Notes under the pieces: model-generated
Told to the model about the DNA's origin: nothing
Database searches by the model: none
What the model saw: only the letters and a program-made list of their open reading frames with translations
Shown: piece by piece, positions 1-14,840 of the stretch
Numbering within the stretch: the first letter of the stretch is position 1
How the letters are laid out: each line of letters opens with the position of its first letter
Assembly: GCF_006345805.1 (NCBI RefSeq)
Contig: NC_043003.1
Span: 33,666,001-33,730,000, forward strand
Length of the DNA stretch: 64,000 nt
Origin: Octopus sinensis
Taxonomy: Eukaryota
Direction of reading: 5' to 3'
Position numbers and translations under genes: made by a program

Positions 1-179
1 ATATAATTATAGAAGTGGGTATAATTACAAAAAAATAAAATAATAAAACACTTTGGGTATAATTACAAAAAATAAAATAATAAAAACAGAGCATCTAGTC
101 AAGATTATGAGAATGATTGTTTTATTTAAAGAGATAATAAATTTTTGAAATTATACACTTGTATTGAGTAAAATTTCTG

Positions 180-951
180 TCAGGTTATTAAGAATGAAAC
201 GTCCGATTTTGAACTGAAAGTTTATTTTAACTTATCTCAAGAAAAAGCAATGCAGTTAATCAAAGTATGCATCTAAATTATCAAAACAATTTTGTCATTT
301 TATCAGTAGTTTATTTATGCCGGCCGCGTTGAATTGTGGAGAGCAGGAGGTGATGAAATCACGAAAGCCTGTTTTATGCATCTTCTTCAAATTTGAAGTT
401 TTTCGTTGTAAAAAGTTGTCTAATGCCTAGAAAACGAGATAGACAGTTGATGCAACGTTTGTACAGCTTCTTTACCTTGCTGATTTGTTTCAGATGGTCC
501 AATACAGTCGGAAACGAAACATTAAACTCATGCGTAGCTTGAGATGTAACCGCTTCCGCTCCAGTCAGTTTCCAGCTCATCACTATCCACCTTGGTCTCA
601 AGTCTACTCCGAGGCTGTTTTCAAGAATAAAGTCACCAGACCGGAACTTCTCAAACCATTGACATACAATGCGCTCATTCTCCACATCTTCACCAAACAC
701 CCCATTGATGTTTCGAGCTATCTAGGATGCATTGGTTCCACGGCGGAACTCATATTCATAAACAACACGAATTTTTTTATCTATCCATGGGTTCAAGAAA
801 ATTGATTTACAGACACCAGGAATTGCATTTCAAAAAATTATTTAACTCTTCAATGTTGTAAAACAAAGAATTGCCAAGATAAAATATTAGAGTTAACGAC
901 TGTAAAACTTGGTGCATAAGAAAATCGGACATTTCATTCTTAATGACCTGA
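180..951 (-). mobile_element. Internally deleted mariner (Tc1/mariner) DNA transposon with both TIRs
   Basis: 31-bp TIRs: tcaggttattaagaatgaaacgtccgatttt (180-210) and its near-perfect reverse complement (921-951), with TA at 952-953 and TG at 178-179. The minus strand from ATG 788 reads, with frameshifts/stop, MDR.KIRVVYEYEFRRGTNAS*IARNING.FGEDVENERIVCQWFEKFRSGDF...VLDHLKQISKVKKL, a mariner N-terminal HTH region. No catalytic domain. Confidence 0.85.
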
Positions 952-1735
952 TACAAATGATGTGTCTCGAAAACCCGTCTAGCTCATAATGCATAAGATT
1001 ATTAACTCCTTACACGGAAAAATGAGGAAAGTATATGAACAACTAGAACCACTATACAATCCATAACGCTAAAGTATCTTCCGGCTATTTTCTATCCAAA
1101 TTAGTCAGCTAGTCTTAAAAGCGAAAAGTCAAGTTTGACTACACTTAGGACGTAAGCGGAGAATCATCAATAAATAGGCAGATAAATCTTTTTGTAATGT
1201 ATGTATCTCAAATTCAAATCCAGCAATAAATAGAAATCATAGTACATAGTGCTAAAAATTCATTTTGAAAGGTAACATAACCAACACTAATCGTTAGAAT
1301 ACATTGAGATACCTTCTGCCTTTTGTTCCAATATGAGGAATTTTTATACATTATGCAGCGTTTAAATAAGATATGGTTGCGGATTTCCCGATGATTCTAT
1401 TGTTATGTCCTAAATGCAAACAAACATACGATCCATATATTTGGATGTATTCCTCCCTCACTGTGATAATGTCTTAAGGATAAATTCCCACAAACCAGAA
1501 AAACAAACATTCACTTATGACTCAGAGAGTAATCACAAGAAGATTACGGCAATGTGTTGTACCGCTGGGTTTATGTCGGTGAATGCCATTAGCACCACGT
1601 AACGTTCTGAGAAGATGGGAGATGGAGAAGTAGAGATGGAGAAGAGGTGAAGCAAAAAAAAAATAAATAAATAAAATTCGGCCAAGATAATGATAAGATG
1701 TTTTTTTTTTTGTTTTGTTTTTGTTTTTTCAACAG

Positions 1736-1762
1736 ATCCATACTTTATGTCGTTACTGCTCT
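1736..1762 (+). CDS. Candidate 27-nt micro-exon (IHTLCRYCS), unidentified host gene
   Basis: Long poly-T tract + caacag acceptor, CT|gtaagc donor; phase 0/0 compatible with the 4388 candidate. Chance occurrence is quite possible. Confidence 0.2.
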
Positions 1763-2224
1763 GTAAGCTGGCTCGGGAGCAACAGATATTGTTGCTACGA
1801 AAATTTTAATTAATTAAGATTTTGCGAACAGAATGCAGTATATCTCACATTAAATAATTTATCCAGATTTATTGTATTGATCCGTTCATTTGTCTTAGCG
1901 CATTCTACTTCTAAATAACACAAATTAAAATCACCAAAAGTGATTAAAATAGCTTTTAATGTATGTAAAATTCTTTGTCAAAAGATTAGGCAGTCTTGGC
2001 TAGACTATATATTGCTCCTGGTTTATAAAATACCAAGAAGTTTATTGTTAACTCTATATACAAAGATGAAAGTTTACATCCCTTTAGCTTGCGCAAATTA
2101 ATCCTGCGAGAATAACTAACAATTACTCATAATTTATTAATATTTTCATGCCCTCCTTTGCAATTTTCCCGATAAATGTCGCTAAGTTTTTGTTTTCATT
2201 CACCACGAGATGAGGAAATATTCT

Positions 2225-2605
2225 TTTCTACTCTAGGTACAAGACTCGAAATTTTGAGGGAGGCGAGGGGCCAGTCGATTCCACTGGTACTTAATTCATC
2301 GACCCCGAAAGGATAAAAAGCAAGGTCGACCTCGGCGGAATTTGAACTTAGAACGTAACGGCAGACGAAATACCTATTTCTTTACTACCCACAAGGGGCT
2401 AAACAAAGAGGGGACAAACAAGGACAGACTAATGGATTAAGTCGATTACATCGACCCCAGTGCGTAACTGGCACTTAATTTATCGACCCCGAAAGGATGA
2501 AAGGCAAAGTCGACCTCGGCGGAATTTGAACTCACAACGTAACGCAGACGAAATACCGCTAAGCATTTCGCCCCGCGCGATAACGTTTCTGCCAGTTCGC
2601 TGCCT
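2225..2605 (-). mobile_element. tRNA-derived SINE, composite/dimeric (family A: ggcggcgagctggcagaaacgttagc head)
   Basis: Two copies of the core gtcgacctcggcggaatttgaactc; same head, core and tail as copies at 13325, 53040 and 56596. Confidence 0.85.
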
Positions 2606-3379
2606 TGAGATGAGGAAATATTTTAAAAAATCAGTTGTGTATGCTACTTAATCAATCACTGCGAAGCTTGTTTATCTAAATTCATGTCGTTGGCCTGTTT
2701 GAGTTACATCAGTTAGCTCATTATATGTATTTGTTTAATTATTTTTATTATTCTTATTCTTAATTTATTGTGGAAGTGAGACAACGAAGGAAGCTTTCCA
2801 TGGTTACACGACCTTAAATAATAAATCATATCTTCATAGAAACTTCACATTTTTATGAGATCCAAGATACCCATGTTACAAGGGAGTAGTGATGACTGGA
2901 AGATATATCAATATAAGTTTTCTCAATAAAATCTGATAAGAGCTGAATAACAATAAAACTTCACTCATGAACATATAGATTATAGTAAGGCACTGCTAAT
3001 CAGCCGGTCACTTCGAATTAAGAGTAATTATTATTTATTCTCGCAGGGTTAATTTACGCAAGCTAAAGGGATGTAAACTAAGTCACAACCAAGTTCGTTT
3101 TAAACGCTCAGTTCCAATGTACCTCTAGAGATCTATGGTCATCTAACATTAACTAAATTCAGCGACAAATTATACCTAATTAACTACTATGCTGCATTAA
3201 AAGTTCGGTAGGTTATCAACGATAGGTTTTTTTGAGCTGCTAATTGATATGAAGTTGGTCGTTCATCTTGCAAGTCACAAAAAAAGAAGTCTAATAAATA
3301 GAGTATGCTTACATACATACATACATAACGAAAGAAAGAAAGAAAGAAACAAACAAACAAACAAAGAGAATGCGTACAA

Positions 3380-3803
3380 ACGAAGTTGACAATATTGAGA
3401 CCGATAGGTCAAAAGAATATTAGTAGAATTTGAAAATTAAAACACCCATCAAGTTAGTAACAACACGCCGGTAATCGTTGATTGGAAACCACAAAGAAAA
3501 GGTATTTTTCTTTTATGGAAATCATCTGCCCGCTGGACATGAATGCTGTTAGCAAAATAAAAGAGAAAGTTGATATCTATGGACCATTGATAAAGAGTTT
3601 GCAAATCCAGTTGCCAAGATACACTTTCACGTCATACAGTACTGATTATTATTCATACAACAGGATACATACCCACCTGTCTGGAGCGAAGTATGGCTGA
3701 ACTTGGAATGATAGAGATAGAATGCAAATCCTTAAGTCATAGGTTATGAATGATCATGATATATGGAACTATAGAAATCTGCTAGACCTTCTTAAGATTT
3801 TGA
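3380..3803 (+). mobile_element. 3' remnant of an RLE-type (restriction-like endonuclease) non-LTR retrotransposon
   Basis: Frameshifted translation EY**NLKIKT..NNTPVIVDW..EIICPLDMNAVSKIKEKVDIYGPLIKSLQ..GYIPTCL..GTIEIC*TFLRF* matches the C-terminal layout of RLE retrotransposon proteins. Confidence 0.65.
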
Positions 3804-4099
3804 AGGAAATCGGTTAAATCAAGGTTTTTTTCCTTCACAACTTCGCTACAAATCGGTAGCCGGTCAAAATTTGCTCTAAATGAAAAAGAGAGAAAGAGAA
3901 CAACATATAATTAAATCCATAGATTTGGAGCTACAAACAAGAAAACAGAACTCAGAACATGAAGATATACGCATTTTGTGTTAATAAACAGCAGAGGATT
4001 CACAGTGATTCCAGAGACGAAAGTTTCGGGCTTAGAAACTTACCAAAGATTGATAATAAAAAAGGTACACACACTCTTACACGTGTATACACACACACA

Positions 4100-4102
4100 C
4101 AC

Positions 4103-4161
<59 letters not shown>

Positions 4162-4200
4162 TGTATATATCTATATGGGTGTGTGTGTACGTATTTACAT
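4100..4200. repeat. (CA)n/(TA)n microsatellite
   Basis: Direct reading. Confidence 0.95.
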
Positions 4201-4387
4201 AACTATACATATATGCATATATGTATATGTATACTGATATGTGTGTATTTGTGGGTGGGTGCGTTTCTGTATGAATCTATGTGTTTATGGTATGTTTATA
4301 TATTACTACGCAGCATACGAGATGTGAATGGAATTTTAGCAGAATGTTTAGAATAAATACGGCCTCTCTTCCATTAGTATTTTACAG

Positions 4388-4441
4388 AGATTCAACTTCG
4401 AGCTCACTCAGCAGGCAGATACCAATCAGCTCGCCATAACG
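4388..4441 (+). CDS. Candidate 54-nt exon (RFNFELTQQADTNQLAIT), unidentified host gene
   Basis: ctctcttccattagtattttacag acceptor, ACG|gtatat donor (weak); GC-rich island in non-repeat AT-rich DNA; phase 0/0. Confidence 0.3.
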
Positions 4442-5584
4442 GTATATTTTCTTGGAATTCTTATCCCGCATGAAATCATCTAGGTTTTTTATTTCATTTT
4501 TTTTTTGTTTTTTGTTCCTCAAAACAACTGACCTTTAAAAACTCGATCAGAAGATTTCACGCGCGCGCGTACAAGCACTCGCACGCGCGCTCCCACATAG
4601 AAATCTACATACATTCATAAATTTACATATTTACGTGTACGTATATATATGTATATATATATACATATATATTATATATATATATATGTATATATACACA
4701 TATACATACATATGTTAACATATATATAAATGCCCACATGCATGAATTTGCATTTTGTGTACATATGCACTTGTGTTTTTGTGTGTATATATATATACGT
4801 ACATATATGTGTATATATGTTTGTGTGTGTGTGTGTGTATAAAACGAAACCCTCACACATACGTTTACTAACGCATAGACACGCACATAGAAGATTACAC
4901 ATATACACACAAATGATCTAAGTATATAATATTCCAAATTGAACATATTTGCATTAAAGACGTAGAAGAAAATAAATTGAAAACGAAACCCGTAATATAT
5001 TTTGAAAAAGAGGGAAAAAAAATTGCAATTATTTCAAAAGATGTGAATGCCAAAAATGAAGAATTAGGCTGGAAACATAAAACACAGCATCAAGGGTGAA
5101 TGAAAAGACACATCAAAAGACAAAAACGAAAAAAAACACTCAACAATTGTGTGGATAATTTTTGTTGTTTTTCAAAAAAAAATAAAAATAAGAATAAAAA
5201 GATACAATATAACATTAAAATTGAGAGAATGAACGAAATATGATAGAATAGAAAATAATGAAGAAAATGGATCCGGTAAACGGCGAAGGAAGAATAGCTG
5301 AATAATTAGCATTACAACACACATACACGCACTCACTGTCTCAATCTGTCTGGCTGTTTGACTGTTTGGCTGGCTGGCTGGCTGGCTGGCTGGCTTTCTT
5401 TCTTTTCCCCCTTCCTCTCTCCCTCTTCCGCCCCCCTATTTCTCACTTTCCATCTATCTATATCCCACTTCGGCAGCACAGATACAATGATAGATATTAA
5501 TACAAACACGCACTCAAATACGGATACAGACATGTGTACGTGAGTATGGCACGTATGTCAATAAGTGTCACAATGTGTATGCTT

Positions 5585-5588
5585 ACAC

Positions 5589-5679
<91 letters not shown>

Positions 5680-5998
5680 GTATATATATATACATATATA
5701 TAAACATATATATATCTATATCTATATATACTCATATATATGTATATATATATATGTATATATATATATGTATATATATATGTATATATATACATATAAA
5801 ACAGACACATACATTTGTATCGTTCATATATGCACACATATTCATTGCTGCATCATATGTCTGTGTTTCATAAGTATAATGTACATATATTAAGATGTAT
5901 ATACTGATATGGTACAGAAACTTATAATATTCTATATTAACTTCAATACATATATACATACACACACACATATATATATTGTATATATATATATATAT

Positions 5999-6048
<50 letters not shown>

Positions 6049-6065
6049 TGTATATATATATATAA

Positions 6066-6096
<31 letters not shown>

Positions 6097-6307
6097 GTAT
6101 ATATATATATGTATATATACATATATTTCTTATCTATGCATCTTTATCGATATGAATGCATATTTATATATGCATATTTATGTATCCAGATGCATATAAA
6201 TATATATTATGCACATATATATGCATATATATATATATATATACGTACAAACACACACATATATATACATATATTTATATATACGTTTACATACACACAC
6301 ATATATA

Positions 6308-6341
<34 letters not shown>

Positions 6342-6375
6342 TTGTATATATATCTGTGTATGTATGTATATATAT
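5585..6375. repeat. Long compound (TA)n/(TACA)n microsatellite field
   Basis: Direct reading; source of the YIYI ORFs in the track. Confidence 0.95.
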
Positions 6376-7229
6376 AGAAGGGATTCAAAAGAGTACTTTT
6401 TGTATGTTTTCTTGTTTTGTCTTTCAATTCAAGAACTGCGCATAAAAAGAAAATAGAACTTTACTAAAAGAAGATTATTGAGATGTATAGAAAACACATG
6501 ATAGGAATATGATTCATAATGTAGTGAGGATAAAAATAGTTGTATATAAATATGTGCGTGTGTATATAATTCTGTCCATATCAGATAAATTCAGGTGATT
6601 CTTTGTTTCTTGCCTATTTTCTCTTTCTTTTTTATTTCTCTCGATTTTTCTATCTGTATACGCTTATACATACAAAAAAGATATATACATACATAAACGC
6701 ACGCGCACACACACGCACGCACATATATATTCTCTTTTTCTGTCTTCCTCTCCCCCCTCTTCCTCTCTCTCTCCCTCTCTCCCTCTCTCTCTGTTCATTA
6801 ATTTTGATCTTTGCTTCAGGAATATTTTTTACTGCCTACTTTATTTTTCATTGTTACTTTCACTACTCGTTGTCTACGAATGAGAACATTATCTAATACA
6901 CACACACAAACACATGCACACACACATAAATTTGCGTGCGCGTATATATACATAGGTAGTATAATATGTGTGTGTATATATATGTATATATATATATATA
7001 TGCATCGATCAAAACAATAGTCACAGATATAGCTCAGTTGCTAAAATACTTGCTACACAATCATTTTCAATCGGGTTCTGTTCTGTTCCGCAAATCTTGT
7101 AGTTTACATTAGCGCTCATATGTGTGTGTGCGTGTGTGCGTGTGTGTATGTGTGTGAGTGCGTGCGTGTGTGTATGTGGGTGTGTGCGTGTGTGTGTATC
7201 TATATGTACATCTATATATTCATATATAT

Positions 7230-7440
7230 GTGACCCCGTGTGTATCGTTGGCGATTTTCTTTCTCCGTCTTCCCTTCCTTGGACCTTTCCTTTTTCTATG
7301 TTTCTGACGAAGAGCTCCGCTTGAAACGTTAGATCTTCCTTCTTTCTTTCCTTTCCTGAGCGTCCAATAGCACTATACTTGTTCCACCTCCTCGCGTTGT
7401 TGTGTTTTCGCTTTGTGTTTTCATGTTTGGATTAGCTTTA
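7230..7440 (+). mobile_element. Solo Penelope-like terminal repeat (pLTR) with hammerhead-like motif
   Basis: CTGACGA(7304-7310)-a-GAGC-tcc-GCTT-GAAAC(7323-7327)-GTT; the element ends directly in (TA)n. The pLTR call is inferred from the motif and context. Confidence 0.55.
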
Positions 7441-7464
7441 TATATATATATATATATATAATTT

Positions 7465-9000
7465 TATTATATATTATTTAATTCTTTTAACTGCTGTCGG
7501 CCCAAGAGCTGCGCAATGCTGGGGGACCGCCGTTGACTTTGCTACAACTTTGCTACTTGATATTTTCTCTGATATGTCGCATTTGTGGGAAGGAGTTAGT
7601 TTCATGTTACTACCCTCATCCGCGTTTGCTGCGTTGATGTAAATCCAGTTCTCCCGGCCCTAAGGAGATGTGAATTTGCTTTGACGACACGCACATCCCC
7701 GCAACGCAGGTCTCTCAGGGTTTTTAGAAAGATATTGAAGATCCGTTGGTCTTTGCAACTCAAGCTTTTGCCCAATCTGGTCCTATTAATGGTGATGTTG
7801 GGATCTTTGGCATTATTCTCTGGCGCTCCGTTCTGTGTTAAAGTAATTTTCAGTGTCAGACATTGGTACAAGCCATTCCAACATTTTCCAGATTTTATAT
7901 CATTGCATATCTTTCCTGACTTCATTTTTTGGGAATAGAATCTTAACTTTCTAAGTGTTTCCTAGTTGCTGCAACTTTGCATGGAGACGGTCTACTTCGT
8001 GTAGCTTCGCCGTTAATTTTATACCGTGTGGTAACTAAAGTTGGGATGCGTAGTCTAAGTGGTTGACGACGTATGTCCTTCAGAGGGCCGAGATGGTTTC
8101 CTGTTGTCTCGTTCTAAAAGTTTGGAGTATCCTTCAGGCCGGCTGTCAGTACTTATCAACTAGGAAACATGCCCCTAGAAAGATGCATCATTTCTCATAT
8201 CAGTATCCAGGTTGCGCACTGATTTTGACTCAGGGATTGTAATCCCTCCTAGGCCAGTGTGTCTAGTCTGCATTTCATTCGGGTTCATGTGCAGGTAGTG
8301 CAGGGCTTGGAAATGTTTTAGCATCAAAGTGCATTTTATTATCCTCAGCATCTTATTTTATATGCATCCAAATGCCCTTGCAATGACAAGATGACACAAC
8401 TTGTAATATTTCACACAATGATCAGCTTTATCAAGGGTTTCTGCAAAGTCAATATATATCAGGTCCACTTTTGAGTTTTTGAGTGCTTTAACCCCTAGTC
8501 GTAGTCCTGTAAGAGCTGTGTCAGGCAGGTTCTCCCTGGTCAAAATACATCGTGCGTGAGCAAATAACAAGGCTTTCTCTTCAAGGAATGTAATTAGTTT
8601 TTTCGGTGTATTCGTTCCATAACATTGCTGATATGTGAGGCCAGAGAGATAGGCCCGTAATTATTTTTAGCATATGCTTTCCCTTTGTGGATAGGGCAGA
8701 TAATTCCCTCCTTCAATTTGCCTGAAAGCATACTACTTGCAAGGGAGCTCTGTAAAAGAAGCTTGAGTAGTTTTGCAAGGACTCGGTTTGCTTTGTGATT
8801 TGAAAAGGATTGCTGAGATTTCATCAAGGTCATCACCTGAGGTTGTGGCTACCTTATCTATGGCAAGATTACCTCTTCGTAAATTATTATTGCCTCCTTG
8901 GTACCTGGTGAAGTTGCAAATAATTCCAAAGTAACTCCCAAAGGAGTAGTGAAAACACTTTTGAACTGTTCGTTCAATATTTCACTTATGCTCATGATGA
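7465..9000 (-). mobile_element. Degenerate CR1/L2-type LINE (RT region to 3' end)
   Basis: Minus-strand fragments SEILNEQFKSVFTT, KEGIICPIHKG..NYGPISLASHISNVMER, VDLIYIDFAETLDKADH, ERYAMI.IWKMLEWLVP; 3' UTR gtagcaaagtcaacggcggt resembles the copy at 45655-46790. Confidence 0.85.
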
Positions 9001-9631
9001 GAAAGAAACTTATGTGTGTGTGGTGTGTGTGTGTGTGGTGTGTGTGTGTGTGTGTGCGTGCGTGTGTGAGTGTATGTGTGTTTGTGTGTGAGTGTGTTTG
9101 TGTGCATGAACGTGAGTATGTATACGCGTAAATATTTCTACATAAATATTGTTTTTATACATTTAACTTTATGCGTGTGCATGTACATACATGTTTACAC
9201 ACACACACACACACACACACCACATACTGACAAGCATGCACACATATACATATAGGGAGAGAGAGATGGGGAAGGGGTAGAGGGATAGATACATTCATCA
9301 GTGTAATGTATATAAATAGAAATAAAATTAAAGATAGGGGAGACATGAGAAACACTCAAGCACCAGATACGTGGTAATTAAAATGTATCAGCAGAAAAAA
9401 CATAGCGATAATACCAAACTTTTACTTCTCCTGCGACTGGCCAAATTAAAAGAAATTAAAATGAAATCTCCACTTTTGAATACTTACCTAGCTGCAGTAG
9501 CATGTACGTATATAATTTGTAATCGAAAAACCTTAACAAACCTCGGATTGTAGGACTACCTGCATTTGGTATTTCAGCAATCTACAAAGTTATAGTGTCT
9601 CAAACAAGTTGAAGCCTTCCTACGATTACTT

Positions 9632-10200
<569 letters not shown>

Positions 10201-10221
10201 ATTTAAGTGTTTCATTGTGTG

Positions 10222-10264
<43 letters not shown>

Positions 10265-10392
10265 TGTGTGTACCTGGTCTATTGCTGTATGTAAGGTAAC
10301 ATCTTATTCAGCATTTAGTCTTGTATCAATCAGAACACCCGTCGACGTATTTTACTTAACAAGTAAGGGAATCCAAGCACATTAATTGTCAG

Positions 10393-10441
10393 CCTCAGGG
10401 CGGATCTACAACTGCTGACAACTCTTATTTCAGCGGCTCAG
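10393..10441 (+). CDS. Candidate 49-nt exon (PQGGSTTADNSYFSGS+G), unidentified host gene
   Basis: attaattgtcag acceptor, CAG|gtacct donor, about 50% GC; phase 0/1 fits both the 4388 and 28610 candidates. Confidence 0.35.
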
Positions 10442-10875
10442 GTACCTTTGGCTTTTTATATGTAACAGGTGTTATAGTAGTGTATGTATTCAACAATTCA
10501 GTCAGTCGTGCTATGCGTTACGGTCCGTTGCTATTATAGACAGCAGCATAGTTCCACAAAAAATTCGACATAATACAATTAAGAAAATACAACGCTGTAA
10601 TCAATCTCAATAATCACTACGCGTTTGATAACATAACTTTGTTATTATCGAAACAGTTTTCATTAAAAGCATCTGTTAACCGGAATGAAACGTCAAATGA
10701 CCATGAACAAGATATAGATAAGTGTCTAAAGCAGAGTCATTTGCATGTCATCACGTTTATTGGGTAACATATGCAATTATACACTTTCGCTTCCATAAAC
10801 GGATTGACTGAATTTATAAATGAAAAATACATAAGAATATGCGCGCGTAAGAGGATTGCTAGAGAGACATCCTGA

Positions 10876-11078
<203 letters not shown>

Positions 11079-11644
11079 AAACAAATATATTTATATCTGG
11101 AGCGAGAGAGAGAGGAAAGAGAGACAGACAGACAGAGACAGAAAGAATTACAGAAAAATGTCCGTTTCATCAACATAAGTTCTTGAACGCAGGATTCACT
11201 TCTTACATATTAACAACAAATTGATCCTGCAATAATTTGATATCACGTTCAGACTAAGCCATTATTGGCTGAACATCTATTCAGTTTGTACTAGGAGATA
11301 AAGCAATCTTATTTATTTATGCTACATTTTACCCTTATTTGGATAATAGCGTTTATGTAAGGGTTAAATGCTAGATGATATAAATAAGGATTAAACGATA
11401 CTTTCTTTCATATCAAACTGTTTACCTAAAGCATAATATGATATATCGGACTTTAAACATTTCTGAAACATATATGTATTTTGCACTTTTATGCTTTTCT
11501 TGTAACAAATAAATAAAGAACTATATATTTATATATTTGAGCGTACGAATGTGTAAATATACACATTATGTGATAATATATATATTGTTAAGAGTAAAAG
11601 AGTAAGAGTGTTACAGTATATTATACACACACACATATTACATA

Positions 11645-11686
<42 letters not shown>

Positions 11687-11713
11687 GAAGATATTCTTGT
11701 TGCTTATTTTGAT

Positions 11714-11762
<49 letters not shown>

Positions 11763-12465
11763 ATATTATATATATATATATATACATAGAGAGAGAATGT
11801 GTGTGTGTACTAGATAGATACATATATATGCCTTTGACTGCATGATGTGTCTGTATATATGTATGTATGAGTGAATGCATTTGTGTGTGTGTATGAGGAG
11901 TATGTTACTGCGTATCTGGAGCTGTCGACAAAACTATAGATATACGTTTGTTTTTGTTGTCGTCATGTCCAAATTGATTACTATTTGACATTAAAGTGAC
12001 TTTTAGTTGGCAAGGGATTTAAATCAATTTGTAAACTAAAACACTTACGTGTGCGATGAGCTTTATTTTAAGTGGATTTTTTTGTGACATATATTTAGAA
12101 TGAGTACCGATATACATACCTAATATAACTATCATTCTCGCTTATAATTATTATTATATATTCAAAATACTATTACTGTCATTATTCTTATTGTTCTTGT
12201 CATTGTTGTCGTTGTTGTTATTATAGTTTAGTACGCAAATAATATATAACACATGTAAAAAACAAACACACATAATAAATTTGGAAAAAAAGAAAAAAAA
12301 ATATATTTATATACTTCTTCTTACACTCTTACAAACACGCATATATGTATTTCTACCTAAGCAGTTATTATCGATGTGTGTATACATGTGTGTACGTTTG
12401 TGAGTATGTATGTAGTTAAGTCTATCAATCTCTCTCCCCCTCTCTCTCTCTCAATCTCTCTTTCT

Positions 12466-12533
<68 letters not shown>

Positions 12534-13249
12534 ATATGTATATTCATATACATATAATATACATATGTATATATATAAATGTGTGTATGTTTATATATAT
12601 GTTTATATATATATATATATATATAATATATATATATATGTATGTATGTATATATATATATACATACATATATGTATGTAAGTATATGCTATGTGTGTGA
12701 TTACTAGCTTTGAGTGGGTCGGTGGATATTGGGCCACATGTACTATGAGTGGAAAATTTAGAGATTTGTATTCGATTCCATCGGTGCAATTTGGATTGAT
12801 TATATTCGTAGAAAAATGACATTTTCGAAATTTAAATAGCTAAATGTGTTTAATGACTTTGAAATAATTAAAATGTGAGGGCAAGCGTAGCTGTATCGTT
12901 AAGAAGTTCATCTTGTGACCACGTAGTAATCTGTGCGTTTTATCATGCGACATCATGGATAAATATCTTCCACATCTGCACCACGTCATATATGTACATG
13001 GACGCCTACTCGTAGGTGACTTCTGTATACTGACACTAGGCAGAGGCCTGAAGCACGTACGCACACATACACACACAGACACACACACGCATACGCACAC
13101 ATTTACATTTACGCTCAAGCATGTACTCTATATATATACACACAAAGTCAAAAACATGTATGTATACATACATATATTACTCAAAGAAATTCCAACTTTG
13201 ATTTTCACATTATATTTAAAATCTTGGAACAATATAATATAAGGTTCTA

Positions 13250-13322
13250 GATAAATTGCACTGCGGTAAATTCCACCACGGAAAATTCCACCAGCTAAAC
13301 TTCACCCTAGGTAAATTCCGCT
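13250..13322. repeat. 15-bp unit minisatellite (ggtaaattccaccac-like), inverted relative to 15545-15655
   Basis: About 4-5 degenerate units read directly. Confidence 0.7.
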
Positions 13323-13324
13323 GC

Positions 13325-13559
13325 CGGGCGAGCTGGCAGAAACGTTGGCACGCCGAGCGAAATGCGTAACCGTATTTCGTCTGCCGTTCCGTTCTGAGTT
13401 CAAATTCCACCGAGGTCGACTTTACCTTTCATCCTTTCGGAGACGATAAATTAAGTACCAGTTACGCACTGGGGTCGATGTAATCGACTTAATTCATTTG
13501 TCTGTCCCTGTCTGTCCCCTCTCTGTTTAGCCCCTTGTGGGTAGTAAAGAAATAGGTAT
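13325..13559 (+). mobile_element. tRNA-derived SINE family A
   Basis: ggcgagctggcagaaacgttggcacgcc head, gttctgagttcaaattcc B box, ccgaggtcgactttacctttcatcctttcgg core. Confidence 0.9.
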
Positions 13560-13564
13560 AGTCC

Positions 13565-14010
13565 ACGAAGCTATTCCGATTTCCATTATTATTGTTTCTT
13601 TCCTTTCGTGGTCAAATATTGTAACATCTGGTTAATCATTTTCTATATGGTTTGGTGTTATTACTGGGCTATTTACTAAAATCTTAACATTTTCACTTGT
13701 TGTTACCTTTTCTATTTGCACGTTTCTGATTCGCAAAGATTATCTTGGTTATCTCATCGCGTCTCTCTTTATATTTCGTGTGTGCTATTTCCCCACATTG
13801 TATTGCCATATGTCCGATATTTTCTTTGTTTTGTACAATATCTGCATACCTTTTGTCTTCCATAGTATATCTTTCTCTCTTGTAAATAGCGTATAATATT
13901 TTTATCTACCATTGGGTATTTGCTTTGTTTTATAAATTTCATTGAGTCTCTTTCTGATACAGCTTCCTCGTTCCGGTGTTTAAAATATTCACCGAGTATT
14001 TCTTTGTGTG
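13565..14010 (-). mobile_element. 3' remnant of an RLE-type non-LTR retrotransposon (zinc knuckle + PD-D endonuclease region)
   Basis: Minus-strand VCRYC..ENIGHMAIQCGEIAHTKYKERRDEITKII..ND*PDVTIFDHERKETIIMEIGI follows the Cx2C..H..C / RHD / PD..D-E layout. Confidence 0.7.
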
Positions 14011-14204
14011 ATTGACCCTTAATTATTTTTTCTCCCTCGTATTTTTTGTATTCATTGACATCATTGATATTTTTTTATGCATTGTTTCTTATTTTCATAA
14101 TATCGTAACCCATATAATAATAATAATAATAATAATGATACTACTACTACTACTACTACGGATCTTTTCTATTCTGAAGCCAGTTTTTTCAAATTTTTCC
14201 TACT

Positions 14205-14465
14205 GAACCAAACAATCTGAAACTTCGTATACTGGTAGAATGTGTCAAAAGTAAACTTAATTGTAAACCAGAATGAAAACGGAATTGTAACTTCTAAGTT
14301 TAACGTTGTTTAATAATTAGAATTTTAACCAATGATATTCCGTCATTCGGCTTTATTTTATTTACTCCGTCTCGACCACCAATTTCGTGACGTATTAAAC
14401 AACGTAAACAAGCTATAGTCAGCCACCTTCTAATAACAAAAGTTTGTCTTTGAAGTTACCGTCTA
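14205..14465 (+). repeat. Unclassified dispersed repeat; a related copy lies in opposite orientation at about 15105-15355
   Basis: Shared blocks tgaaactt(c/t)gt(a/g)tact and gaattttaaccaatga between the two copies. Confidence 0.4.
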
Positions 14466-14774
14466 GGGGAAGCATTGATGTACATGTGTGTGTGTGTTTG
14501 ATGGGGTGTGGAAGACAGTATGTTGTGTAAGTGAAGTGCTTCTGTTAGTGTGTGTGAAGAGACAGAGAGAGTAATGTGTGAAAGAGAGAGATAACTGAAA
14601 TTTTTTACTCGGTGTATGTGTATATGCCTGAATGTATGTGTGTATGTATCTGTGTATGTGTATGTATGTATGTATGTATGGTCGATTCAATGTAATTTTT
14701 TACACATACTTACACACACACACACATACATACACACACACATGCAGACATACATATACACATACACCGAGTAA

Positions 14775-14837
<63 letters not shown>

Positions 14838-14840
<3 letters not shown>

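Noticed and set aside
15-90. 38-bp tandem duplication at the window start
   Set aside because: Simple local slippage in A-rich sequence with no further structure.
3664-3690. Apparent 27-nt exon DTYPPVWSE with cag/gtatgg boundaries
   Set aside because: It lies inside the RLE retrotransposon remnant, whose own frame (GYIPTCL) explains it; this shows how easily chance exons arise here.
9488-9581. Minus-strand 94-nt open exon candidate (IAEIPNAGSPTIRGLL...) with TAG|gtaagt donor
   Set aside because: GC is close to background, I found no compatible partner exon, and it is opposite to the better-supported plus-strand chain. Not excluded.
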